Of a stretch of DNA of 61,002 nucleotides, positions 8,366 to 16,918 are shown piece after piece. This DNA comes from a virus. The translations under genes were made by a program, and so were the position numbers. Position 1 is the stretch's first letter. Every line of letters begins with the position of its first letter. Below the pieces are notes generated by a model. That model ran no database searches. It worked only from the letters and a program-made list of their open reading frames with translations, and had not been told where the DNA came from. Location: IMG/VR virus record IMGVR_UViG_3300028841_000403, one strand, 5' to 3'.

Positions 8366-8889
8366 CTACACCTCCGGCGGCGGCGTGTTGATGAGCCGCT
8401 CGAATTCCTCAGCCTGCCAAGCCCACCAGCAGAGGCGCTGGCGGGGCATGGCCATCAGCTCTCCATGCCCGATTCCGTACTTCCCGAGAAGGAGGAAATG
8501 CCCTGCGGAAGGGCACCAGCCGAAGGGAGGTCCCCCGCTTCCGCTTTCGGGGCTTCCAGGGCCTCCGGCGCCGGCAGAGCTGCCGGAGCGGCGGCCGGGG
8601 TCGCCCCCAAGAGGTTTCCCCCGGCGGCCTCCAGTTCGGCGGCCACCTCGGGGTTGGACCAGGCCTCGTGGGCGGCGACGGCCGCCATGAAGTCCTTGGA
8701 GCCCCACATCACGAAGTCCTCGAAGATGACCGGCTTGCCGTCCACCTTCATCTCCACGCAGGCCATGGCGAAGGGCACCTGCTCCTTCTGCTTGGCCATC
8801 TGGATGGCCCGGATGACGCCCAGGCCGTTCGTCTCTTCGAAGGTCACGACCTTGCCAGACGGCAGGGTGACGGTGCTCAGGTCCTTCAT
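8366..8889 (-). CDS. Tail assembly chaperone, -1 frameshift fusion product (E+E-prime analogue). Frames join at 8614..8620.
   Basis: The -1 frame is open from the slippery site to a TAG at 8366..8368. It ends ...LMAMPRQRLCWWAWQAEEFERLINTPPPEV, just before the tape-measure start. Confidence 0.6.
8455..8889 (-). CDS. E: Tail assembly chaperone (P2 gpE / lambda gpG analogue), zero-frame product
   Basis: 144 aa, located between the tube gene and the tape measure. It has a low-complexity Ala/Pro C-terminus. Confidence 0.75.
   Translation of the reverse strand: MKDLSTVTLPSGKVVTFEETNGLGVIRAIQMAKQKEQVPFAMACVEMKVDGKPVIFEDFVMWGSKDFMAAVAAHEAWSNPEVAAELEAAGGNLLGATPAAAPAALPAPEALEAPKAEAGDLPSAGALPQGISSFSGSTESGMES
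8614..8620 (-). other. Candidate -1 programmed ribosomal frameshift heptamer G GGA AAC
   Basis: The minus strand reads GCC GGG GGA AAC in the chaperone zero frame, which fits X XXY YYZ. It is the same type as the lambda G/GT site GGGAAAG. Confidence 0.55.
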
Positions 8890-8913
8890 GGGGGTGCCTC
8901 CTCCAGGCGGGCC

Positions 8914-9429
8914 TTAGATCAGGCCCAGGTTGTCGCGGAACTGGGCGAGCAGGTCCACCCCGCCCACCACATGGATGGAGTTGTCGATGTCCACCTCTTC
9001 CTGGTCCACGCCGTTCACGACGAGGCGGTAGTAGGAGACCTCCATCTTGTATTCGGGCTGGGTGCCGTCGCCCTGCTTGAAGCTGCCGAGCTTGCGGTCG
9101 GAGAAGGTGCCGCGGAGGTAGAGCACCACCGGCACATCCGCCTGCACGCCCGTGCCGTCCATGATCCGCTGGTTGCCGCGGACCTGGAGCGAGATGACGG
9201 CGTTCGGGTTGGCCGTGAGGATGTTGAAGTCCTCGTAGAAGCCGTTCGCCTTGAAGGTGGCCTCCATCGCCTCCAGGGAGGTCGGCACGCGCTTCGTGCC
9301 GATCATGTCCCCGCCCTTGTGCTCGATCATCTTGTGCTTCAGCTCGGGGAAGGTGACTTCCGCGAACTGGCCCAGGAAGCTGTTGCCGTTCCCGTAGACA
9401 TTGCAGTGGGTGAGCTGCTTGATGAGCAT
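8914..9429 (-). CDS. FII: Major tail tube protein (P2 FII family)
   Basis: 171 aa, directly 3' of the sheath gene. MLIKQLTHCNVYGNGNSFLGQFAEVTFPELKHKMIEHKGGDMIG.... Confidence 0.85.
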   Translation of the reverse strand: MLIKQLTHCNVYGNGNSFLGQFAEVTFPELKHKMIEHKGGDMIGTKRVPTSLEAMEATFKANGFYEDFNILTANPNAVISLQVRGNQRIMDGTGVQADVPVVLYLRGTFSDRKLGSFKQGDGTQPEYKMEVSYYRLVVNGVDQEEVDIDNSIHVVGGVDLLAQFRDNLGLI

Positions 9430-9438
9430 GGGCTCTCC

Positions 9439-10701
9439 TTACCGGCTCGCGGCGCTGTTGAGGGTGAGGTCGATGAACGAGTTGTAGGTCAGGCGCTCGA
9501 GCGGCGTGGGGGGCAGGAAGCGGTAGCCCACCGTGAGGTGGCCGTTGTTGAGCTGATCCACGGGGTTCCGGTTCGGGTCGAAGAAGAACTGGCCGCTGTA
9601 GATGGCGCCCTTGCCCTTCAGGGAGCGCATGAAGGCGTTGCCGTCCTCCAGCAGGCTGTCGATGGTCGCCTTGATGACGGGCCGGTCCTGGTAGGCCAGG
9701 CTGGCGGCCTCCATGGAGTCCTCGATCAGGTCCGCCGTCCGGCGCACGCAGATGAAGCTGTTGATGTCGCCCGTGCCATTGTTGAAGCTCGCGCTGCGGT
9801 TGCCCCAGGTCCGGAAGCCCTCGCCGTACACGCTCAGGGCGGTCACGACGCCCGAGTTGTTCAGGAAGTTCACATCCGAGCCCGGATCGTTGATCTCGCA
9901 GGTGAGCGGGACCTCCAGCGACACCACCGTCCGGAAGGGCACATTGGAGGGGCTCCACCAGCAGCCCTTGCCGTCCGCCTGGTCCTGGCGGGCGATCACG
10001 CCCGCGAAGAGCTGGCTGTAGGGGCGCAGCAGCACCGCGCCGGGGGTCGTCGGATCGGCGATGCCCAGCTGCGGGAAGCAGTAGACCGTCCGCTCGCTCG
10101 TGGAGGTGATGGTCAGCGTGCCGGTGCCACCGCGGCCGTCCAGCACATTCTTGACCGTGGAGCCCAGGGGCACATCCACCAGGCAGATGCCCTTGAGCTT
10201 GCCGGCCATGGTGTCGAGGGCCGTCTCCACCGTGTGGTCCGTGGAGAAGCCGGGGGACAGGAGGATCTTCGGCTTGATGCCGAGCGCGCTGGAGCAGGTC
10301 AGGAAGGCCTGGATGCCGGTGTAGACCCCGTTCGTGGCGGCGCCCACGATGTCCGCGGGCAGCACCTTCGTGGGATCCGGGGCGTTGGACACATCCTTGT
10401 GCACCGCGGGGTCGAAGACATTCACCGCGATGACGATGCTGGCGCCCTCCGCGAAGGCGTCCCGGACGGCGCTGGGCAGCGTGTAGCCGGGCGTCTCGTC
10501 GCCCAGGAAGCGCTCGATGTCGCGCTCGCCCCGGATCACGATGGGCACATTGATCTTCGCGTCCCCGACCGCGAGGTCCTGGACGGGGGTGGTGCCGACG
10601 ATGCCGATGATGGCGGTGGGCACCTGGCCGATGGCGGGCTTGCCGACGACCGATTCGATGGTCTCCACGCCGTGGAGGAAGGTAGGCAGCACCGCGACCA
10701 T
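9439..10701 (-). CDS. FI: Contractile tail sheath protein (P2 FI / Mu gpL family)
   Basis: 420 aa. MVAVLPTFLHGVETIESVVGKPAIGQVPTAIIGIVGTTPV... Size and position fit a sheath protein. Confidence 0.88.
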   Translation of the reverse strand: MVAVLPTFLHGVETIESVVGKPAIGQVPTAIIGIVGTTPVQDLAVGDAKINVPIVIRGERDIERFLGDETPGYTLPSAVRDAFAEGASIVIAVNVFDPAVHKDVSNAPDPTKVLPADIVGAATNGVYTGIQAFLTCSSALGIKPKILLSPGFSTDHTVETALDTMAGKLKGICLVDVPLGSTVKNVLDGRGGTGTLTITSTSERTVYCFPQLGIADPTTPGAVLLRPYSQLFAGVIARQDQADGKGCWWSPSNVPFRTVVSLEVPLTCEINDPGSDVNFLNNSGVVTALSVYGEGFRTWGNRSASFNNGTGDINSFICVRRTADLIEDSMEAASLAYQDRPVIKATIDSLLEDGNAFMRSLKGKGAIYSGQFFFDPNRNPVDQLNNGHLTVGYRFLPPTPLERLTYNSFIDLTLNSAASR

Positions 10702-10749
10702 GGGGGACTCCTGCTTGAAGGGGGGTTCGAGGGGTGAGGGGGAGGAGTG

Positions 10750-11232
10750 CTAGGTGGTCCGCTCGAGGGCCAGGTCCTGGAAGTTCGGGCCCTGCTCTTC
10801 GAACTGGAGGGCGCTCACGGACCAGGTGTGGGCGGCGTACATGGCCTCGAAAACCCACTCGCCGTCCTTCTGCGCCGTGAAGTTCTCGTCCAGCGGGTAG
10901 AGGCCCTTGCAGCCTGGGAGGTCCAGCCCCGTGAGGGTCTGGCGGAGGGTCTCGAGGATGTCGTAGGCCCCCAGGTGGTCCCGGAGGTTCCGGCTGAAGA
11001 CCGTGAGCACGAAGGTGGGCGTCCGGTCCTGGACCATGACCTGGCTGGTGTCGTTCGGCTTGCCGAACTTGCCGCCGTGGTAGCGGATCAGGACGGCGCC
11101 GACCTCGTGGATGAAGTTCCAGTGCTGGGGGCGGTCCGGGAAGGGCTCCACCTGCAGGTCAGGCAGCGCCGCGGTCACGGCGTCCACCAGGGCCGTCTCC
11201 CACGCGCGGATGTTGGAGGGCGTCACTGGCAT
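10750..11232 (-). CDS. Mu gp37-like (DUF1834-like) tail completion/neck protein
   Basis: 160 aa, between the DUF1320-like gene and the sheath gene. The N-terminus IRAWETALVDAVTAALPDLQVEPFPDRP resembles the gp37 family. Confidence 0.55.
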   Translation of the reverse strand: MPVTPSNIRAWETALVDAVTAALPDLQVEPFPDRPQHWNFIHEVGAVLIRYHGGKFGKPNDTSQVMVQDRTPTFVLTVFSRNLRDHLGAYDILETLRQTLTGLDLPGCKGLYPLDENFTAQKDGEWVFEAMYAAHTWSVSALQFEEQGPNFQDLALERTT

Positions 11233-11732
11233 CGGTAGCGCTCCAGTGCGTCATCGCTGAAGACCGGGCGCCGGACCGGAAGGCCCAGGCTCGGGTAGAT
11301 GTCCTGGGCCAGCGCGCCGCTCTGCGTGTCCACCGGGGCCTGACCCACGGCGGGCCCGAGCACCAGGCGGCCCATGTTGATCCGCTCCAGGTCGCGCTTG
11401 GCGTCCTCGTAGCGCAGCCGGGCCTGCTCGGTGTCCCCGAGGGGGCGCAGGCTCATCATCCGGTAGAGGGCGATGTCCACCGTGATGCGCGTGAGCACCG
11501 CGGCGGCGGCCTGGGCCACATCCGTGGCGAGCGGGAGCGCGTAGCGGGCCACGAGGTAGCCGTTCACCTCCGCCGACGCATCGTTCAAGGCGCTCTGCAC
11601 CTTGTCGGTGTCGAAGGGCGGATCCCCCTGAGCTGGCGCCCCCGTGAGGGGCGCCAGCTGCTTCATCACGGAGTCCGGGTAGCGGGCCTGGACATCCGCG
11701 ATGGAAGCGTAGGAGGATGCGGCGACAGTCAT
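11223..11732 (-). CDS. Mu gp36-like (DUF1320-like) head-tail connector protein
   Basis: 169 aa. ...SYASIADVQARYPDSVMKQLAP...SALNDASAEVNGYLVARYALPL... resembles the gp36/DUF1320 pattern. Confidence 0.6.
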   Translation of the reverse strand: MTVAASSYASIADVQARYPDSVMKQLAPLTGAPAQGDPPFDTDKVQSALNDASAEVNGYLVARYALPLATDVAQAAAAVLTRITVDIALYRMMSLRPLGDTEQARLRYEDAKRDLERINMGRLVLGPAVGQAPVDTQSGALAQDIYPSLGLPVRRPVFSDDALERYRCQ

Positions 11733-11739
11733 TCAGGGC

Positions 11740-12264
11740 CTACTGGGGGCCAGCGGCAGCGGCTTCCTTCGCCTTGGCGACGATGGCCGAGACGGAGGCG
11801 AGGACCTGGGCGGTGTTGCCGCCCAGGGGACCCTCGTGCTTGTAGTGGTCGCGGGCCAGCTCCAGGAGCTCGTCGCGGGTCATCGCGGCCAGCTCCTCGT
11901 CCGTGTGGAACACGGGCGCGGAATCGCCGGTCTTGTCGTCGCCCGTCTGCTCGCCGCCGGTCTTGTCGCCTTCGGGGGCGCCAGGAGCCGGGGTCTGCGC
12001 GCCCGCCGGGGCGGCAGGTGGCGTGAGCGTGTTGGAGGCGGCGGGGGTCTGAGGAGTCGCGGGGGCAGGCGCGGGAGCGGCCTTGGCAGCGGCTTCCTTC
12101 GCCTTGGCCTCCGCGATGTCCGTCTTCGTGGCTTCGCGCACGGCCTTCTGCGCGATCATCTGACGCGCCTCCTCCTCCTCCATGGAGAGGATGACCGTGC
12201 CGGGCGGCACGACCTTCCCGTCTTTCATGAGGAAGTGGAAGTTGACGACCGGGAGCTTGGCCAT
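11740..12264 (-). CDS. Hypothetical head-associated protein with an Ala/Pro linker and a HeH/SAP-like C-terminus
   Basis: 174 aa. The ATG at 12264 overlaps the capsid stop. The C-terminus EELAAMTRDELLELARDHYKHEG resembles a Rho_N/HeH-type motif. Confidence 0.5.
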   Translation of the reverse strand: MAKLPVVNFHFLMKDGKVVPPGTVILSMEEEEARQMIAQKAVREATKTDIAEAKAKEAAAKAAPAPAPATPQTPAASNTLTPPAAPAGAQTPAPGAPEGDKTGGEQTGDDKTGDSAPVFHTDEELAAMTRDELLELARDHYKHEGPLGGNTAQVLASVSAIVAKAKEAAAAGPQ

Positions 12265-13190
12265 CAGATCACCGACTTGATGAGGAAGCCGGCGCGGTCG
12301 CTGGTGAGCAGCGCGCGCTGCTCCCAGTAGAGGTCGCCCTTCCAGGAGCGCTCGTCGGCGTCCCAGCGCTGCGGGCCGGCGGCCGGGCTGTCCTTGTGGC
12401 GGTAGGTGTAGCCGTAGCTGGGGAGGCGGCGGCTCTTGCCCTCGCGGTTCACATAGGCGAGGAGGCAGTCGCTGTTCCAGACATCGAGGAAGTCGTCGGA
12501 GGTGGGGTCGTACTGGACGGCCTCACCGATGACCACCTTCTCGATCTGGAAGTATTCCGCGACCATATCCAGCGTGATGGACTTCGAGCTGGTGTACTTG
12601 AACTGATCGCGGATGCCCTGGTTCTCCTGCAGGATGTCGAAGGCCTTGGGGCCCAGGACCATCGTGTTGGGCTTCCGGCCGATGCCGGCGCGGATCTGCT
12701 CCTTGCCCAGGCGGATCTGGTCCAGCACATTGGCGGTGCTCTGGTCCCACTTGTCCGTGGAGGTGGGCGTGATGGCGTTGCCCGCGGCGTAGTTCGCGAT
12801 GGTGGTGGCGAGCTGGGACGCCCGGAGCTCTTCGCCCAGGTCCGTCTTCATCGTCACGACCTGCATGGCCTCGGTGATGAGGTCGATGTGCGGCACCTCG
12901 CGGGCCTCGTCCACATCTTCCATGGGCAGCTTCCAGCCCAGGCCATCGTTCAGGAGGTTGTACTCGTCTCCGTCGAAGCCCACGGTGACATAGTTCACCT
13001 TGCCGCCGGGAGCGCGGCTGGTGTTCTCCGGGACGAAGCCCTCCTTGCCGAACTTGATGACCTTGCCCTTCCGGGTGCGCACGGGCACATCGGGGAAGAG
13101 GACCTGGCGGATCATGTTGTTCTGGGAGAACCCGCGAACGATCTCCGTGAGGATCGGTTCGACTACGCGGGCCTGATCGAGATTCAGCAT
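12264..13190 (-). CDS. Major capsid protein (HK97 fold; Mu gpT / capsid-E-like)
   Basis: 308 aa. It follows the protease/scaffold and decoration genes. MLNLDQARVVEPILTEIVRGFSQNNMIRQVLFPDVPV.... Confidence 0.85.
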   Translation of the reverse strand: MLNLDQARVVEPILTEIVRGFSQNNMIRQVLFPDVPVRTRKGKVIKFGKEGFVPENTSRAPGGKVNYVTVGFDGDEYNLLNDGLGWKLPMEDVDEAREVPHIDLITEAMQVVTMKTDLGEELRASQLATTIANYAAGNAITPTSTDKWDQSTANVLDQIRLGKEQIRAGIGRKPNTMVLGPKAFDILQENQGIRDQFKYTSSKSITLDMVAEYFQIEKVVIGEAVQYDPTSDDFLDVWNSDCLLAYVNREGKSRRLPSYGYTYRHKDSPAAGPQRWDADERSWKGDLYWEQRALLTSDRAGFLIKSVI

Positions 13191-13258
13191 GGCGTGGGCT
13201 CCTTAGCTCAGCAGCGGAATGGGTAGACGGGGAGACGGGGCGGGGGTCAGCCGACCGA

Positions 13259-13627
13259 TTAAGTCAGCTGGGGAAGAAGGACAATGGGGATCGGCTGGCC
13301 CACCAGAGACGCGCTCTTCTGGCTGGGGTGGACCCGGCCGCGGACGACGCCCGCGTTGTGCAGCACCGCGTGGCCGTTGGCATCGCTCTCCACGAGGTTG
13401 CCGGCCACCAGGCCAGCCGCGCCCGCGATCACCGCGGCCACGCCCTCCGTGACGACCGTGCAGGTGTCACCGGCGAGCACATCGTAGTCCACCGCGCCCC
13501 AGCCACCAGCGGCAGCCGCGGCCGGGTTGCCCGCGAAGTCCGTGAAGGTGAACTTGGGGATCGCAGCCGCCGCCAGAAGGGGCACATTGAAGCGGTGGTG
13601 AGTCGGGCAAGGAAGGAAGTTCGTCAT
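13259..13627 (-). CDS. DUF2190-like head decoration protein
   Basis: 122 aa, Gly/Ala-rich, with GDTCTVVTEGVAAVIAGAAGLVAGNLVESDANG. It lies between the scaffold and capsid genes. Confidence 0.6.
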   Translation of the reverse strand: MTNFLPCPTHHRFNVPLLAAAAIPKFTFTDFAGNPAAAAAGGWGAVDYDVLAGDTCTVVTEGVAAVIAGAAGLVAGNLVESDANGHAVLHNAGVVRGRVHPSQKSASLVGQPIPIVLLPQLT

Positions 13628-13633
13628 GGCGGC

Positions 13634-14842
13634 TTACCCTTTCTTGGAAGTGACGGCCGTGTAGGCGGTCTGGATGTCGCAGTTGTGGGACTTCTGGTAG
13701 GCCTTCACTTCGGCGAAGAGGGCCACGGATTCGGGGGTGACGGAGGAGCCATCCGGCGCGGCGAAGTTCGCGATGTCCTCGGGCTTGTCGTCCGTCTTCA
13801 CGGATTCGCCGAACTGCACGATGGCGGGGCGCGAGGACAGGAAGTCCTTCAGCCAGGTCAGGCGCGTCTTGGGCTTCTTCTCGATCTTGTCGCCCTCGCC
13901 CTCGCTGAACTCCACCGTCTCGGTGCGGTCCAGCGCCATGGCGAACTCCACGAAGCCGGCCTTCTCTGCGGGCAGCATCTTGCCTTCCTTGATGAGGCCC
14001 TCGGCGTAGTGCGCCAGGTCAGCTTCCTGCAGCTTGTTCTCGCGGGCCTCGAGCTCCTTGGCGCGCTCTTCGGTGGCCTTCTTCTCGGCCTCGAGCTTCG
14101 CCTGGTCCTCGGCCAGCTTCGCGGCCGCGGCCTCATCGGCTTTCTTCTTGTCGGCCTCGGCCTGAGCCTGGGCGGCCTTCTCGGCATCCGTCATGGTGTC
14201 TCCCTTGGGGGTGGCCTCCGTGTAGGAGGGCTGGGCGTCGTCAGGGTCGGGGCGGTTCGCGGCCTGCTGGATCTGCTCGATGGAGTAGTCCGGGAGCACC
14301 TTGTCCGCCGTCTCCTTGCCGTGCTTCTCGATGAAGAAGTCGCGGATGCCGCGGAACAGGTCGCCGATGGTGCGGATGTCCCAGCTCTGGAGGTCGGCGA
14401 AGCAGGTCACTTCCTCGCCGTCCTCGCTGAACTCCGCGAAGCTCGCGCTGGGGCTCTTCAGCCCCTTGAGGGAAGGAGGCACCGCGCCCAGGAAGCCCAC
14501 ATGCTTCGGGTAGAGGTGGCCCGGCTTCGGATTCGCCTTGGCGTCCGGCATGTACCAGGCGGCGGACACCGTGTTGAAGCGCTTGGCCTTCACCAAGTCT
14601 TCGAAGCCGGGGTCCACATCGCTGGGCACCGCGTAGAGGTGGCCGTCATCCGAGAATTCGAGGGCGCCCACGAGGCCGTAGTTCGGATCCTCGACCTTCG
14701 GATGCCCCGCGACGATTGGCGCCGCGTAGAGATCGGGGTCGTAGACCGAAGCCGCGTCCTTGAGCTGCTCCTCGGTGAACTCGATGACTTTGCCGCTCAT
14801 GGCCGTGAACCGGCCAGGGCGGAAGAGCTGGATGCGCTTCAT
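13634..14842 (-). CDS. Mu gpI-like head maturation protease / scaffold
   Basis: 402 aa. The N-terminus is MKRIQLFRPGRFTAMSGKVIEFTEEQLKDAASVYDPDLYAAPIVAGHP.... The C-terminal half is a charged coiled coil (AEKAAQAQAEADKKKADEAAAAKLAEDQAKLEAEKK). Confidence 0.8.
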   Translation of the reverse strand: MKRIQLFRPGRFTAMSGKVIEFTEEQLKDAASVYDPDLYAAPIVAGHPKVEDPNYGLVGALEFSDDGHLYAVPSDVDPGFEDLVKAKRFNTVSAAWYMPDAKANPKPGHLYPKHVGFLGAVPPSLKGLKSPSASFAEFSEDGEEVTCFADLQSWDIRTIGDLFRGIRDFFIEKHGKETADKVLPDYSIEQIQQAANRPDPDDAQPSYTEATPKGDTMTDAEKAAQAQAEADKKKADEAAAAKLAEDQAKLEAEKKATEERAKELEARENKLQEADLAHYAEGLIKEGKMLPAEKAGFVEFAMALDRTETVEFSEGEGDKIEKKPKTRLTWLKDFLSSRPAIVQFGESVKTDDKPEDIANFAAPDGSSVTPESVALFAEVKAYQKSHNCDIQTAYTAVTSKKG

Positions 14843-14898
14843 GATCGGGCGTCCCCTGGATCGCTGAAAGGCCCAGCGTGGGGGGATGGGAGGCCCGG

Positions 14899-14920
14899 TC
14901 TAAGAAAAGGGCTTTAGGGG
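14899..14920 (-). promoter_or_regulatory. Conserved late-operon motif, copy 2 (minus strand CCCCTAAAGCCCTTTTCTTAGA)
   Basis: The core 12-mer is at 14906..14917, in the divergent gap between the gpI-like start (14842) and the SRAP start (14997). Confidence 0.6.
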
Positions 14921-14996
14921 CTACTGGGGCCCCTTGGCGGGGGCATCTTTGCCTGGTGGAGGTGCCTGGGGCGCCCTGCCCTGCCATCCTAAGCCC

Positions 14997-15638
14997 ATGT
15001 GCGGCCGGATCGTCGTCAAGGCGCTCAAGAAGATCCTCCGGGACCACCCCGGCGGCCGCACGATCCAGGACTATGTGGGCGAGATGATCGCCGACCGCTT
15101 CAACATCGGCCCCAAGCAGCTCGTGGTGGTGGTGCAGGACCGGGACGGCGAGCTCGTGCCCCTTGAGCGCCGCTGGGGCTTGAAGGCGCCCACCGGGAAG
15201 CTCAACCCCAACAGCCGCCTGGAGACCCTGGAGGGCAACTCCGGCTACCTGGCCAGCTTCCAGCGGGTGCTGGTGCCCGTCTCTGGCTTCTACGAATGGC
15301 CGGTCCTCTCCGGCCGCAAGCGCCCCTTCTTCATCCACCCGGAGCCGCCGGCGGAGCATTGGTGGATGGCCGGCGTCTGCAAAACGCAGGAGGGCGAGCT
15401 GCGCATGACGATCCTCACGCGCCCGCCCACCCCCTACATGGCCGAGATTCACGACCGCTGGCCCGCCATCCTCACCTCGGAGGCGGCGGGCGCATGGGTA
15501 GACCCGCACACGAAGCCGCGGGACGCCCTCCAGCTCATCCAGCCCTGGCCGGACAAGCTCACGGAGGCCTACGAGGTGGGATCCGCCGTGGGCAGCATCG
15601 CCTCTGAGGGCCCGGATCTCATCAAGCCCGTGGCCTAG
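14997..15638 (+). CDS. SOS-response-associated peptidase (SRAP; YedK/HMCES family)
   Basis: 213 aa from the ATG at 14997, giving the N-terminus MCGR (catalytic Cys2). It also carries ...VPVSGFYEW... and ...MAEIHDRWPAIL... motifs. It is one of the few plus-strand genes. Confidence 0.85.
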   Translation: MCGRIVVKALKKILRDHPGGRTIQDYVGEMIADRFNIGPKQLVVVVQDRDGELVPLERRWGLKAPTGKLNPNSRLETLEGNSGYLASFQRVLVPVSGFYEWPVLSGRKRPFFIHPEPPAEHWWMAGVCKTQEGELRMTILTRPPTPYMAEIHDRWPAILTSEAAGAWVDPHTKPRDALQLIQPWPDKLTEAYEVGSAVGSIASEGPDLIKPVA

Positions 15639-15901
15639 TCGCCGGCGGACTTCATCGGGTCCGCAGGGATTACGCCCAGCTTCACAGCCTGCGTCACAGC
15701 CGCATCCTGAGCCGCGACGAGCAGGCGCAGGCGCTGGTTCTCCTCCTCCGCCTTCTCGGCGCGCGCCTGTAGCTTGGCAGTAAGGATGGTGGCGAAATCA
15801 CGAAGCCGCTGGTCTACGACACTTCTTTCATGCCATAGCAGGCCTTGGTGAAGTTCAAATCCAGCCTCCACCGCTGCATCCTTGATCGCATCTTCGCTCA
15901 T
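15635..15901 (-). CDS. Hypothetical protein (coiled-coil)
   Basis: 88 aa. It is tightly coupled to its upstream neighbour. Its stop overlaps the SRAP stop at the sequence CTAG. Confidence 0.5.
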   Translation of the reverse strand: MSEDAIKDAAVEAGFELHQGLLWHERSVVDQRLRDFATILTAKLQARAEKAEEENQRLRLLVAAQDAAVTQAVKLGVIPADPMKSAGD

Positions 15902-16101
15902 GCCTTCCTCCGCGCGGCCCGCTCCTCGGGGCTGTCTATGGTCATGGTCTCACCGCAGCAGGTGGGCCATCCGTTGGCGAGGGCCCGCGCGCCATCCACG
16001 GAGGCCTCTCGGCCGCAGCGGGCGCACCAGACCTTGCCGCGCCGCACCTGGGGGATGGCGTTCGCCACCTGGTGCATGTCGAAGGGTTCGATGCTCTTCA
16101 T
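15898..16101 (-). CDS. Small Cys-rich (zinc-ribbon-like) protein
   Basis: 67 aa with CARCGRE...CCGETM. Starts and stops overlap those of its neighbours. Confidence 0.5.
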   Translation of the reverse strand: MKSIEPFDMHQVANAIPQVRRGKVWCARCGREASVDGARALANGWPTCCGETMTIDSPEERAARRKA

Positions 16102-16328
16102 GACCGGGATCTCCTTGGCTTGTGGCCGTGCCGCTCGAGCACGGTGTTCAGCAGGGCCAGCACCGCGGGCTTGAAGGGGCCCTTGGGCCAGCGCTCCATC
16201 CAGGCGCGGAAGGTCCGCTCCGAGGTGCCCCCCAGCTCCGCTTCGCAGAAGGCCGGCAGGGTTTCGTAGCCCTGGACGATGCCTGCGAACGGCTCGGGGA
16301 TGGATAGAGGCCGGCCAATGCGCGCCAT
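16098..16328 (-). CDS. Small putative DNA-binding protein
   Basis: 76 aa from the ATG at 16328: MARIGRPLSIPEPFAGIVQGYETLPAFCEAELGGTSERTFRAWMERW.... The longer track ORF is GC-frame read-through. Confidence 0.5.
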   Translation of the reverse strand: MARIGRPLSIPEPFAGIVQGYETLPAFCEAELGGTSERTFRAWMERWPKGPFKPAVLALLNTVLERHGHKPRRSRS

Positions 16329-16372
16329 GTCCGTGGGGTCGCTCCTTCCGGTTGATTCTGCCGGAAGTCTGG

Positions 16373-16552
16373 TCAGCGCGCCTCTGCCACCCGCGTTGTG
16401 TGGAGCTGGCCGGTGCGCACCTTCCGCGCCTCGCCGTCCCGCAGAGCGTCCAGCGCCATCGCGCGGGCCTGCTCCGGGCTCTCCGCCCACACCGACACGG
16501 CCAGCGTGTCCGTGAGTTCCGCCTCGACCTGGAAGGCCTTCAGCTTCGCCAT
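16373..16552 (-). CDS. Small hypothetical protein (59 aa, below the ORF-track cutoff)
   Basis: My own translation is MAKLKAFQVEAELTDTLAVSVWAESPEQARAMALDALRDGEARKVRTGQLHTTRVAEAR. A strong GGAGGA SD lies 5 nt upstream of the ATG. Confidence 0.5.
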   Translation of the reverse strand: MAKLKAFQVEAELTDTLAVSVWAESPEQARAMALDALRDGEARKVRTGQLHTTRVAEAR

Positions 16553-16564
16553 GATCTCCTCCGT

Positions 16565-16918
16565 TCACGGGCGCCCCGCCAGCTCGCCTGTGCCGCCGCA
16601 ATCCTCGCACTTTTCCGCTTGGCCGTCATGCGCAACCTCCCCTTCCCCGTCGCAGGTGCCGCAGGAGCGCTTGTCCTCGCGGATGAGGCGCTGGAGCCGG
16701 TTCAGGTCGTCGTTCCAGTTCGGCGGCGCCGTGAAGAAGTGGCCACCGCAGGCACCGCACTTCCAGCCGTCCAGGTTGCCCTCGAACTCGTGGCAGTCGT
16801 CAGCCGCGATCCAGTCGCCGAACTCGGCGAAGGGGCTAAGGCCCTCTTCGGCCTTGGATTCCAGGGGGAAGGCGCTCAGCCTGCGTCCGCAGTGTGGGCA
16901 GGCCTTGGGCTTGCTCAT
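16565..16918 (-). CDS. Zinc-finger protein with a DnaJ-type CxxCxGxG repeat
   Basis: 117 aa from the ATG at 16918. CPHCGRR..., CGACGGH..., CGTCDGEGEV..., CEDCGGTGE. Confidence 0.55.
   Translation of the reverse strand: MSKPKACPHCGRRLSAFPLESKAEEGLSPFAEFGDWIAADDCHEFEGNLDGWKCGACGGHFFTAPPNWNDDLNRLQRLIREDKRSCGTCDGEGEVAHDGQAEKCEDCGGTGELAGRP

Noticed and set aside
5939-8917. Very long plus-strand ORFs: 5939..8917 (992 aa), and likewise 1471..3039, 8668..10737, 21855..24059, 23441..25024 and 29168..31915.
   Set aside because: They lie antisense to well-supported structural genes. They are Arg/Gly/Ala/His-rich low-complexity translations, which is typical of stop-poor shadow frames in GC-rich DNA, and they have no SD-linked starts.
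8366-10858. 830-aa minus-strand ORF spanning the chaperone, tube and sheath genes. Similar cases are 5277..7487 (736 aa) and 3316..4059.
   Set aside because: These are out-of-frame read-through across several recognisable genes. Only the extreme 3' end (8366..8620) is meaningful, as the -1 frameshift extension. For 5277..7487, only the 3' end (5277..5804) is meaningful, as gpU.
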